Source: Azolla caroliniana (Eukaryota; Plantae; Polypodiophyta). Taken from it: DNA of 64,000 nt. A program made the translations under genes and the position numbers. The DNA is taken from contig JBHGNT010000103.1 of assembly GCA_043228905.1 (NCBI GenBank), positions 1-64,000 on the forward strand, written 5' to 3'. Of the stretch, positions 48,883 through 59,024 are shown piece by piece (within the stretch, counting starts at the first letter, position 1; the number at the start of each line of letters is the position of its first letter). The notes beneath the pieces are model-generated. The model did not search any database. It was not told where the DNA came from and was given only the letters and a program-made list of their open reading frames with translations.

Positions 48883-48979
48883 TATTATTAAATACAACAT
48901 TTAAGCTCATTTTTATATCGTGAAGCACATTCTTCACGACACCCACCCCCTCTGAACTTGCACATTGGTTGTGTAGAGT

Positions 48980-51900
48980 TCATCCAACACTTCTTCCGAT
49001 TTTTAGTTCTTCTACTTCTTCATAAAATTCAGGCTCTAATGACTCCCTCCTTTTAAATATTTTAATCCTTTTTCCTGCAATTGGGATACGAATTTCTGTC
49101 CCATCTAATTCATTGAGGAAATATGTGGCTTTATCTGTTATTTTCCTAACTTCATAAGGTCCAAACCATCTTTTTGCAAACTTCCGAATAGTACTGTATT
49201 GATTATCTAGGCTATTATCATATACTAATACCCAATCTCCCTCTTGCACCTTTCTTGGTCGTATTCTTTTCATCTTGTCAAATCTGTCCTTATTCTTGAT
49301 TCTTGCCTCTTTCAATCTAGTAGCTGCTTTTTCTATGTCTTCTATCCTTGATTGAAGTTGTCGTATTCGAACCGCAAGTAAATCTTCCCTACTCATTTCC
49401 GATTCCCAAGGCAACACAGCCCATGTAGTTATCTTTTCTTCAATTGGCATTATTGGCTTCTGTCCTGTGATTAATTCTGCAGGCATATATCCAGTAACAG
49501 TGCTGTGAGTTGTCCTATCAGCCCATAGTGCATAGGGTAAGGTTTTTGGCCAATCACTAACCCGTCCTCTACATGCCTTTGCCAAAGCTTTGACTATTGG
49601 CCCATGTCCCCTTTCTACCTTTCCATTAGCTTCTGGATTGTACGCCGTTGTCAAAGAAAGCCGAATTCCTATTTTGTCGAAAAAATCTTGAGCTTCCGCA
49701 GAATTGAGTTCTCCCCTATCTGCCACTATCTTCCCGACACATCCATATCTACAAACAATGTCCTCCAAGATGAATTGACATACTCCTAATGTCCTTTTTG
49801 TTCTCAATGAACGACCTTCCACTTGATTTGTTAGATCTTCTCTAGCAAGAACCAAGTATCTCTTTTGTCCTACTCCAAGTGGCATTGTTACCAAATCTAT
49901 CATCCACTTGTAATGCACCCCCGGTGAGTATGTTGGGTGTAATTCATCACAAAATTTTACATTTGAATAATATTGACAAGTGGGACAAGTTTCCACATAC
50001 TTTTTTATTTGCTCATAGTATCGAGGCCACCAAAATCGTTCTTTAATCTTACTGAAAGTGGCCCACACTCCTCGATGACCAGCCCATTCTTTGTCATGCA
50101 GCTCTTTGATTATCTCCTTTCTTTGCCCTTCAGAACCTATTACTCTTTGCGGGTTTCCAGTCTTGGTTTTCGGATGTCGCCATAGATATCCTTCATGCAG
50201 GAAGAACTTATGGGCTTTCTTGCGAAACTGTGAGAACTCTTTTCCAGATCGACCTTTGTACTTGTCAGGGGTTTGTAGGTATTTCCCTATTTCCTTGAAT
50301 TCTTCTTCATACTCCTCTTCTAGAAACTGCATTCCTCCTTCCCGAGTAATGCTTGTGGTAAGGACTGTTTGTTCTTTGTCCTCATCGTCCGAGTCTGGAA
50401 TCTCCTCTTCCTCATACCTTGCTCTTGATAACATATCTGCTACTGCATTTCTATTCCCAGAGATATGTCGAACTTCAGGGTTGATTGATCTAATATAGAT
50501 ACACCATCTTAACATGGCTTGATCTGGAATATCACAATTAGCTATGATACCCAGAATAGGCAAACAATCTGTTTCTATTATTACTTCAGCACCAATTAAG
50601 TAATCTCTGTCTGTCTTTACAGCTGTTACTATCCCCCATAGCTCTCTTTTCACCTGTGCATATTTTCTTTGTCGACCACTAAGAACCTTTGCCCCGAATC
50701 GGACTGGATACCTTTCTTCCCTATCTTGTTGGCTTATCACCCATCCAATTCCAATGGGACTAGAGTCTACTGTGAGATATATGGGCCGGGTGTAGTCTGG
50801 TTGCTTTAATGGTGGAGCTTGTGCCAAGTAGTACTTCAATTTCTTCATTGCCTCGGAATGCTCTTCACTCCATTCAAATGTCTCTCCTTTTCTTTGGAGT
50901 CTATATAAAGGTTCAGATAAATGGGCATAATGCGGAATCCATTTACAGTAAAAAACACATACCCCCAAAAACCTTCGTACTTCTGAGATGGATGTACATT
51001 CCTCTTGCATATTTTGAATTGCATTGACCTTGGTTGGGGATGGCTTTCTCCCATATGGGCCACACATATGACCAACTATTAATATCTCTTTTGCCCCAAA
51101 TATTGACTTCGCCCCTGATAAGGTCAAATGCACTTCTTCCATCCTTGATAGCACCTTCTCACAATCCTTGATATGATCAGCAACGAATTGACGGCAACCA
51201 CTTTCGTCCAATTCCTCGTTCTTCTCTTCCTCCTTGCATCCCTTAATTGGAACATCATCTAGAAAAGGCATTGTAATATGAGGAACAAAATCACGAAGTA
51301 CCTTGTTCATTCCATTCATCATATGCGCCACTGAGTTGGTCGCTCCTTGCGGCAAGGTGCACATCCGTACTAACCCTATAGGTGTCTTGATAGAAGTTAT
51401 ATCTCGACTTTTGATAGCAAGTTGAAATTGATCATACCCGGAATAAAGGTCTCCCATTGAATATATAGCTCTTCCTGCAAACATCTCAGCAAACTCATCC
51501 ACAATTGGCCCTACTCCCGAGTTTCGGATTGTTACCTTATTCACGGGTTGCATATCTTGGATAAATCGGAGTCGCCCATCTTTCTTTAACACAGTGAACC
51601 ATCGACTCGAGTAAGGAGCGTTCGATGGTTCCAAGATACCCATCCTTATCTTTTCTTTCAAAAGTTCTAATAGTTGAGGGATTCTAGCCCTAGGCATGGG
51701 TATTGGCTTAAAGTTCCATGGAATATGAGGGATAGTGAATATAACCATGGGCTCCACAATTTCTGGATCCACACACCCTATTTCCTCCGGTTGGAATGCG
51801 AACGCCTTTCCATGCCTTTTTAACATCTCCCTGAACTGCTTTTCTTCAGCGGGTAATAGGAAGTCACCCCCTCCTATTTTCATCCCTTGTATTGTTTCCG

Positions 51901-52396
51901 GAGTAAACACATGTCCTACCTTTCGTGGGTCTCTGATCATTGGCTCTGTGGCTGCTTCTTTGATTGCCTTTTCACTATCCCCTGGAAGTGGAGCAGCAAT
52001 AGGACGAACCTTCTTCTCCACTGTCTTGTACTTTGTTAGTACATGAGCTTCATGATCCTTTCGAGCAACTTCTTCAATGACCTCATACATCTTGATTGAA
52101 TGGACAGGAACTTGGATTTCGTTGTCTTCTTCCATTGCTTCCAAATGAGTTATTGTATCTTCAAAACTTAATTCTTCAAACATATCCTGAATTTCTTCAT
52201 CATCATCTATTAATCCAGAACACTTAAAGTACTCGAAAGCATTTTGTATTTTATTATTATTTACTTTTAGTATAAAAGTAGCACCATTAGATGAGATTGT
52301 ACAAGGAATATCTTTATTTACATTATTATTTATGGGGTTTTCTTTTATGCTCGGGCTATCACAGCCCCTACCTGTAAAAGCCCTATCTAAAAATCC
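48980..52396 (-). CDS. Gypsy pol (RT-RNase H-integrase), reached by a predicted -1 frameshift
   Basis: ORF 48980-52183 (YSSRWFTV, DLYSGYDQF, FLDD, VDSS, VKREL, HHCC, ADRG, GPY). The frame stays open upstream to the gag stop (GFLDRAFTGRGCDSPS...IQDMF). Confidence 0.92.
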   Translation of the reverse strand, partial: GFLDRAFTGRGCDSPSIKENPINNNVNKDIPCTISSNGATFILKVNNNKIQNAFEYFKCSGLIDDDEEIQDMFEELSFEDTITHLEAMEEDNEIQVPVHSIKMYEVIEEVARKDHEAHVLTKYKTVEKKVRPIAAPLPGDSEKAIKEAATEPMIRDPRKVGHVFTPETIQGMKIGGGDFLLPAEEKQFREMLKRHGKAFAFQPEEIGCVDPEIVEPMVIFTIPHIPWNFKPIPMPRARIPQLLELLKEKIRMGILEPSNAPYSSRWFTVLKKDGRLRFIQDMQPVNKVTIRNSGVGPIVDEFAEMFAGRAIYSMGDLYSGYDQFQLAIKSRDITSIKTPIGLVRMCTLPQGATNSVAHMMNGMNKVLRDFVPHITMPFLDDVPIKGCKEEEKNEELDESGCRQFVADHIKDCEKVLSRMEEVHLTLSGAKSIFGAKEILIVGHMCGPYGRKPSPTKVNAIQNMQEECTSISEVRRFLGVCVFYCKWIPHYAHLSEPLYRLQRKGETFEWSEEHSEAMKKLKYYLAQAPPLKQPDYTRPIYLTVDSSPIGIGWVISQQDREERYPVRFGAKVLSGRQRKYAQVKRELWGIVTAVKTDRDYLIGAEVIIETDCLPILGIIANCDIPDQAMLRWCIYIRSINPEVRHISGNRNAVADMLSRARYEEEEIPDSDDEDKEQTVLTTSITREGGMQFLEEEYEEEFKEIGKYLQTPDKYKGRSGKEFSQFRKKAHKFFLHEGYLWRHPKTKTGNPQRVIGSEGQRKEIIKELHDKEWAGHRGVWATFSKIKERFWWPRYYEQIKKYVETCPTCQYYSNVKFCDELHPTYSPGVHYKWMIDLVTMPLGVGQKRYLVLAREDLTNQVEGRSLRTKRTLGVCQFILEDIVCRYGCVGKIVADRGELNSAEAQDFFDKIGIRLSLTTAYNPEANGKVERGHGPIVKALAKACRGRVSDWPKTLPYALWADRTTHSTVTGYMPAELITGQKPIMPIEEKITTWAVLPWESEMSREDLLAVRIRQLQSRIEDIEKAATRLKEARIKNKDRFDKMKRIRPRKVQEGDWVLVYDNSLDNQYSTIRKFAKRWFGPYEVRKITDKATYFLNELDGTEIRIPIAGKRIKIFKRRESLEPEFYEEVEELKIGRSVG
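52333..52396 (-). promoter_or_regulatory. Predicted -1 frameshift signal (GGAUUUU plus pseudoknot)
   Basis: CAG GAU UUU UAG; 6-nt spacer; stem GGGCUUUUACA/UGUGAUAGCCC; loop GGGG can pair with downstream CCCC. Confidence 0.7.
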
Positions 52397-54501
52397 TGGG
52401 AAAACTCTTCATCCATCTCTTGAATTGGATGTTCCCTCAAGCATTCTTTGTTTCTTTCATGGTTGGGCCTCACGGTTAAGAATTGGACAGTCTTTCTTCC
52501 ATCTTGACTCTTGATTCTCGCGAAAGCCGAACCATCATCAATAACCTTTGTTTCCATCCTCACTGCGGTGATGTAGGGCTGGCCAAGGATGACGGGGTAG
52601 GTTGATCGATCCTGCACAAAGAAATTTTGATTCACCGAGACATCACCAATTGTTACCTTCACACTAGGACATGCTCCGAATAGATCCTCCGTAGTTTCTG
52701 TGGCAGCTCTTATTTTCCACCCATGATTCTTGTCAATCGGCCATCGTCCTCGAGCGTAAAATTCCGATGACATCATGTTAATCTCTGATCCATGATCGAT
52801 CAAAGCAATACATGGAATTTGCTGCTCCCCAATTTTTGCAGGTGCCTCCGTTGTTGCTCGAGCCCAATGGTCCCTTGTATAGTGACTCCTATCCCCTTCA
52901 TGGACACCAACATCATTCTGGTTTTTTACACTTGCAGCATTGATGGTGCCACCATACAAATCTTGGAGTGTTGCTGCACACCCTCCCGTAATTTCCTCCG
53001 TCACCTGTCTCTTCCTTCTAATAATATCTATGATAACTTCATGAAATTCTTTCTTTGCTATACCCAACACTTCTCTTAAAGTAAATTCTACCTTACTATT
53101 TAATATTCTTGTTTCTAGTACCTTTTTTATATCCGTCGTTTTTTCTATGTCTGAGGCAAGCTTGAAAGATGGGCCTGTCTTTCCTTTTACTTTATCAGCT
53201 TCCTTCGGCTCAATAGCACCCTTTTCCATCTCCCTTCTCTTTTGTTCTCGTGTCTCATGTCTCTTTGTCGGATCAGCTTCCTCAGCTCTCTTCCGCTTCT
53301 CTTCCACTAGCACATCTTGTGCATTCACTTGGGCGAATGTTGATAGCGCGTCTACTGGATCATTCCATCCAGTGAAGTTTCGTATTTCATCTCCCGCTCT
53401 TTTTAATTCATCCACTCGAACCTTCCCTTTTCTTGCATAATCCATCACATCTTGCCAAAAGCCAGATCCACCATATGAGTCTTCTACGCGCAATCCTAAG
53501 GTTGCCACGGATTGTATCGCTTGAGTCGTTTCTCTCTCGGCATCTTCCATTAGCCTTTTCATTCCTCCTCGCCCGAAGTTGAGTTGAAGTGGTTGTCGAG
53601 TCTCAGTTGAGTGAATCTTGCCATCTTGATAATAGATTTTATTATGATTAAGAGCATCCCTATGCTCTTGACAATCTTTCTTCTGGTGGTCGATACTATC
53701 ACACCACATACACCTTCGGACCATTCCACCTCCCTGCCTTGATGAAGTCGAGCTTTGTCCCGATTCTAGCTTCGTCACTTTGATCGACAAGTCTTTCATG
53801 CCTTTCACTAATTCGTGTAAGAGTGATTCTTCTACTTTCTTTTCTCCCGACTCGTTCCCCGTTTCTTCATCATTTCTGTCGGGCAACTCCATAAACCATA
53901 ACTTTCTTTTGCAGAAATGGGCGCACGCCCTTTTCACCTCCTCCCAATCTTCGGTAAGTCCACTTGGACTATTCTGATCTTCTAAAAGCATTCCCAAGTC
54001 CTTCCTGTCCTTAATATTAGTAGCTTGTAGAAACAATATTACTTTATCTGGCACTATTATATTTCTATCTCTAACATTTAGTTGCTCAAATATTTCAGAA
54101 AACTCTTTTAATACTTCCAAAACACTTAAATGTTTATTAGACTCTACCCAATCCATGAAAGCTCGCCTTGTCATCCTTGACATATCGTTGAGGTTGTATT
54201 CATTGAGTAATGCTCTTTCGAACGTTGTCCATGTCTGATTCTCCCTTTGTAGCTCCTGGATCCTTTCTTGTAGCCCAATCGCAACGACTCGACTAAAGCT
54301 ATTAATTTTTGCAGCTTCGTCGACACCGCGTTTAAGCATTTCTTCATTATAAATCTTCAGAAATCTTGTTAAATTTATACCTTCGAAGATTCCTACTCGT
54401 GCGGGAATATTGTCGACGGCTTTGTCGATGCTTGCCATCATCCCTTGTTCCCGCATCACTCGTTCCATCATCGTACACATAAGCCTCATTTGCTCCTCCA
54501 T
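52387..54501 (-). CDS. Gypsy gag-protease, 704 aa
   Basis: CMWCDSIDHQKKDC knuckle; ALIDHGSEIN...VILGQPY aspartic protease. Confidence 0.9.
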   Translation of the reverse strand: MEEQMRLMCTMMERVMREQGMMASIDKAVDNIPARVGIFEGINLTRFLKIYNEEMLKRGVDEAAKINSFSRVVAIGLQERIQELQRENQTWTTFERALLNEYNLNDMSRMTRRAFMDWVESNKHLSVLEVLKEFSEIFEQLNVRDRNIIVPDKVILFLQATNIKDRKDLGMLLEDQNSPSGLTEDWEEVKRACAHFCKRKLWFMELPDRNDEETGNESGEKKVEESLLHELVKGMKDLSIKVTKLESGQSSTSSRQGGGMVRRCMWCDSIDHQKKDCQEHRDALNHNKIYYQDGKIHSTETRQPLQLNFGRGGMKRLMEDAERETTQAIQSVATLGLRVEDSYGGSGFWQDVMDYARKGKVRVDELKRAGDEIRNFTGWNDPVDALSTFAQVNAQDVLVEEKRKRAEEADPTKRHETREQKRREMEKGAIEPKEADKVKGKTGPSFKLASDIEKTTDIKKVLETRILNSKVEFTLREVLGIAKKEFHEVIIDIIRRKRQVTEEITGGCAATLQDLYGGTINAASVKNQNDVGVHEGDRSHYTRDHWARATTEAPAKIGEQQIPCIALIDHGSEINMMSSEFYARGRWPIDKNHGWKIRAATETTEDLFGACPSVKVTIGDVSVNQNFFVQDRSTYPVILGQPYITAVRMETKVIDDGSAFARIKSQDGRKTVQFLTVRPNHERNKECLREHPIQEMDEEFSQDF

Positions 54502-54519
54502 TTCTCCTCGTCGTCGCCT

Positions 54520-54536
54520 TCACGTCGGGTTCACCA
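54520..54536 (-). promoter_or_regulatory. Primer binding site for tRNA-Trp
   Basis: TGGTGAACCCGACGTGA, 4 nt after the 5' LTR, complementary to the plant tRNA-Trp 3' end UCACGUCGGGUUCACCA. Confidence 0.85.
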
Positions 54537-55443
54537 AATGTGTCGGGGTAGTTGTGGTTCGTGCGGCGAAGTCGCGGGGACTAAGGTTAAGGGGAGTTGA
54601 AGGAACTTAACTTTTAATAAGGCTTGTATGGTGATGATAGAATGGTTAAGGATAGTAAGAAGAAGAGTTACGAGTAATGTGTGTGTGTGTGTGAGAGAGA
54701 GACAAGCATAGATAAAAGATAGAGACAATGTATGATTCAAGAAAGAAGATTGAGACAAAGTATGATTCAAGGAACAAGAGTATATGATATAAACATGATG
54801 TATATTAAAAATATAATATTTTACCAACTTTACAATCCTTGACCGCAAACTGAACACATTCTCTATCGACCCTTGATTTGAACCCACGACCTCAACTTCG
54901 AAACGAGAGGTTCTCCACCCAATGAGCTAGTCTTCTTTAATTGATTGTATTATTTTCTCACTCTCTCTTGATTCCCCCCCTTGTTTACCCTTTCCCCTCT
55001 TTATATAAGTGTTGCCATGCATATGGTAATGTATGGGAGCATGGCATGCATGCAATGCATGAGTTACATGTAATGCATGATCGCCATTTGGCGCACATGC
55101 ATTGCATGTGATGAATGATGGCTATGTATGAAAATAGATATGGGATAAGTATAATGATGAAAATGCATTCTAAAATAACTAACCTAGCTTAGTGGTGTAT
55201 GCTTGGTGCTTGGTATACAAGGTTGAGGGTTCAAGTCCCTCAATTTTACTTAATACAATATATAGCTTCATTCTTATATCATGAAGCACATTTATTACAC
55301 ACTTTTACAAATAAATAGCCTGGCCTAGTGGTATGTACATTGTATATTGTATATAAGGATGTGCGTTCAAGTCTCTCAAATATTATTAAATACAACATTT
55401 AAGCTCATTTTTATATCGTGAAGCACATTCTTCACGACAACGT

Positions 55444-55785
55444 GGAATGTGGCGCCAGAATCCAGTAACCACATGTGTGTATCTTGTGCACTATAGAGGA
55501 CTTCTCTGATCACCGAGTCCTCTAAGGAGAGGATTTCTCCCGTTCAGGTGTTGACAATGTTGACTTAGTTGCATACTAGACAGTTATTCGAGTCGGATCG
55601 TCCTCGATTCCGCTCAGATTGTCGACCACTCTCTTTCCTCTTGATCGACCAACAATCGGAAATGTTGTGACCGGCTTTGTTACAGTGTGTGTAGAAGTCC
55701 CCTTGTCGCCTTTTTCTCGACTTCGACCGTTGTCGGTCTCCCCTCGTTCTTGACCGATTGGTATTCCGACCGGTTCTATCCAGAG
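55444..55785 (-). pseudogene. Copia gag zinc knuckle and protease fragment (host of the nested Gypsy)
   Basis: YTHCNKAGHNISDC and WLLDSGATFH. Confidence 0.8.
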
Positions 55786-55789
55786 TCAG

Positions 55790-58700
55790 AGATGTAGTAG
55801 TCATTGATGGTCGTCCAACCTCTGTTGTCATTGATGGTCGTCCCATTGCTTCCGGAAATATCATAGAAGAGTTAGAGCCCATTAATATTGTCCTAGATAA
55901 TCTAGTGTGTGTAGTATCATTTAATATAATTAGTATCCCAGAACATCCCATTGTTTTAGGATTACCATGGTTCAAATTACATAACCCAAACATAGATTGG
56001 AGAACAAGAGAAATCCGGTATCGCTAAGCTTGAGGATCTACTCATAAGATTGCAACCATTTCGCTACATCAGTTGCGGGAAGAAGGGTGCAAGGAAGAAA
56101 TGTTTCTCTTCGCAATATCAGTAAAACCCTCCGACGCCACTAAAGAGGAGTCCACCGTTCAACTTCCAAAGAAGTATCATCAATATGCCGATGTGTTCGA
56201 TAAAGTACAAGCCAATACACTTCCTCACCATCAACTGTATAATTGCCCCATCGATTTACAACCGGGAAAAGAGCCACCATGGGGACCGATCTACAATTTG
56301 TCACCAACCGAGCTAGAGGTCCTTTGAGCCTATATAGAGGAGAATTTGGAAAATGGTTTCATTCGGCATTCGAAATCTCCAACTAGCGCACCCATTTTCT
56401 TCGTAAAAAAGGATGGATCACTTTGTCTCGTTGTAGATTACCATGGCTTGAATAAGGTCACCATCAGAAATAGGTATGCACTTCCCCTTATCTCAAGTCT
56501 TTTAGAATGGATCAATAGTGCAAGGTTCTTCATGAAGATCGACTTACGGGGAGCATATAACCTCGTAGGGATATGACCAGGAGATGAATGGAAGACCGCG
56601 TTTCGCATCAGATATGGGCACTTCGAGTACACGGTCATGCCGTTTGGCCTCACTAATGCACCACTCCATCACATGGCAAATGATATATTCCGAGATCTCT
56701 TGGATGCTTTTTTTATCATCTATTTGGATGATCTACTGGTTTATTCGAATACCCAAGAAGAGCATGATTCTCATGTACTATTAGTACTAAAACGACTTTG
56801 AGAACATGGTATTTATGCAAAGCTAGAAAAATGTAGTTTCGGGTACAACCAGGTGGAATTTCTGGGTTATGTCATCTCCTAGGAAGGCATCTCCATGGAT
56901 CCAGCTAAGGTCAAAACGGTGGTAGAGTGGCAAACTCGTTCGTTGAGAGATGTGCAATGCTTTTTAGGCTTTGCCAATTTCTACCGCAAGTTTATACTGG
57001 ATTACTCAAAGCTTGTTCTGCCTCTCACACAACTTACTAAGAAGGGACAATCATTCGTTTGGTCTGAAGAAGTGGACAGGGCTTTTGAGAACCTTAAGAA
57101 GGCATTTACATCGGCTCCTATTCTAGCTCATGTTGATCCGGAAAAACCATTCATCATGGAAGCGAACGCGTCGGATTTTGCATTGGGTAGCATTCTGTCA
57201 CAACAAGGTAATGATGAAAACCTACATCCTGTGGCTTTCCACTCACGCAAGTTTGACGCCGCCGAAATCAACTATGAAATTCATGATAAGGAGCTATTAG
57301 CAATAGTGGACTCTTTTATGCAATGGAGGCATTTTCTAGAGGGATCCTCTCATCAAGTCACCATATTCAGTGATCACAAAAACCTTGCCTACTTTCAGAG
57401 TGCTCATGTGTTGAATCAACGTCAAGCTTGGTGGGCCCAATTCCTCACGTGTTTCGACTACAAAATTACATATCATCCGGGGAAGCACCAAGGGAAGACA
57501 GATGCATTATCACGACGTTCGTATCTAGCACCGCGTCTCGGCGAGCCAGCTTTCGATAACCAAAAGCAAGTAATCTTGGGACCGGCACGACTGCAATCAA
57601 CACAGGTCTTCGGCATGCCCTTGGATTCCCATGTTATCGATACCATACGTGAGGACTTGAAGACATATTCTTTCGCCCAAGCCATTCTAGCACAAATTGA
57701 TCCCTCTCGAGCATCTTGTTCACAATCGCCACAACCAGGTACAGAGTATCGACAATTCGAATGTCATGATGGATTACTATTCTTTAAGAAACTCTTGGAT
57801 GTTCCTAATGGTTCTTGCCGCCTTCGAGTAGTCCAAAACTGTCATGACACATATACAACTGGGCATTTTGGTAGTACTAAGACATTAGATTTAGTACAAG
57901 GATCATTCTGGTGGTCCTCTATGCGACAATTTGTCGAAGATTTTGTTCGGACTTGTGATACATGTTGCAGAGCAAAAATGCCAAGGCATCATCCATATGG
58001 TTTATTAGAACCATTACCAATTCCAAGCAAGCCATGGCAATCCATTGCTCTAGATTTCATCATAGATCTTCTAGTTTCTAAGGGATTCAATGCGATTTTA
58101 ACAGTAGTAGATCGATATACGAAGATGACTCATTTCCTGCCATGTACTAAGGAAATCTCCAATGAAGAAACCGTCGAAATTGTCATGTGTGAAGTATGTC
58201 GGCATCATGGCCTTTCTGATAATATCATCAGCGACCGTGGACCCTAGTTTATCTCGAAATTCTGGAAGCACCTTTTTAAAATGCTCAAGGTCACTTGTAG
58301 GTAACCCGCAAACCAACGGCCAAGCAGAACGAACAAATCAAATGTTGGAGCAGTATCTTCGGTGCTTTCTAAGCTATCATCAGGATGACTGGGCAGATAT
58401 TCTCCACTTCGCCGAATTTGCCTATAATAACTCTGTCCAGTCATCGAGTAAAGTTATGCCATTTTATGCTTATACGGGTTGTCACCCCCAGTGGTGTATA
58501 TTTGAAAACCCTAGAGTTACCCACAAATCATTGCGCAGAGGATCATTTGGAGCGGTTACACAAGATACAAGCAAATTTATCTACTTATCTATAGTAAGCT
58601 CAACAAACACACAAGGTTTACGCGGATCTTCATCAGCTTCCATCCAGTTTTAACATTGCAGATTGGGTATAACTACTACGACGACACATCAAGACTACTC

Positions 58701-59024
58701 GCCCATGAGAGAAGTTGGATTATCGACGATTAGGTCCTTTCCGTATTATCAGAAAGATTAATGATGTCACCTTTCGTCTCAATCTACCCCCCAACTTCGC
58801 ATACATCCGGTGTTTCATAGTTATATCCTCGAACCCTATCAAGACAACACCATCCCAGGACGTATTCCACAACCTCCACCCCTGATCGAACTTGAAGATG
58901 GACCCAAGTACGAGGTTGCCGCCATCCTCAATTCCAAGATTGTTCGCAACAAGCTTTACTATTTAGTCAATTGGCTAGGATATAGTCCTAGCGAGCATAC
59001 TTGGGAACCAATAGAGAATGTGAC
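55790..59024 (+). mobile_element. Chromovirus pol remnant (PR end, RT, RH, IN, chromodomain), same family as 40236-42819
   Basis: [48 protein letters not shown], chromodomain YEVAAILNS...TWEP; many frameshifts; 27-bp duplication at the left junction. Confidence 0.9.

Larger units (their letters stand above)
48043..55439 (-). mobile_element. Young, apparently intact Ty3/Gypsy LTR retrotransposon (7.4 kb)
   Basis: 899-bp LTRs (48043-48941 and 54541-55439) with about 5 differences, 4-bp TSD ACGT, PBS, PPT GAGGGGGTGGG beside 48941, uninterrupted gag-PR and pol. Confidence 0.96.
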
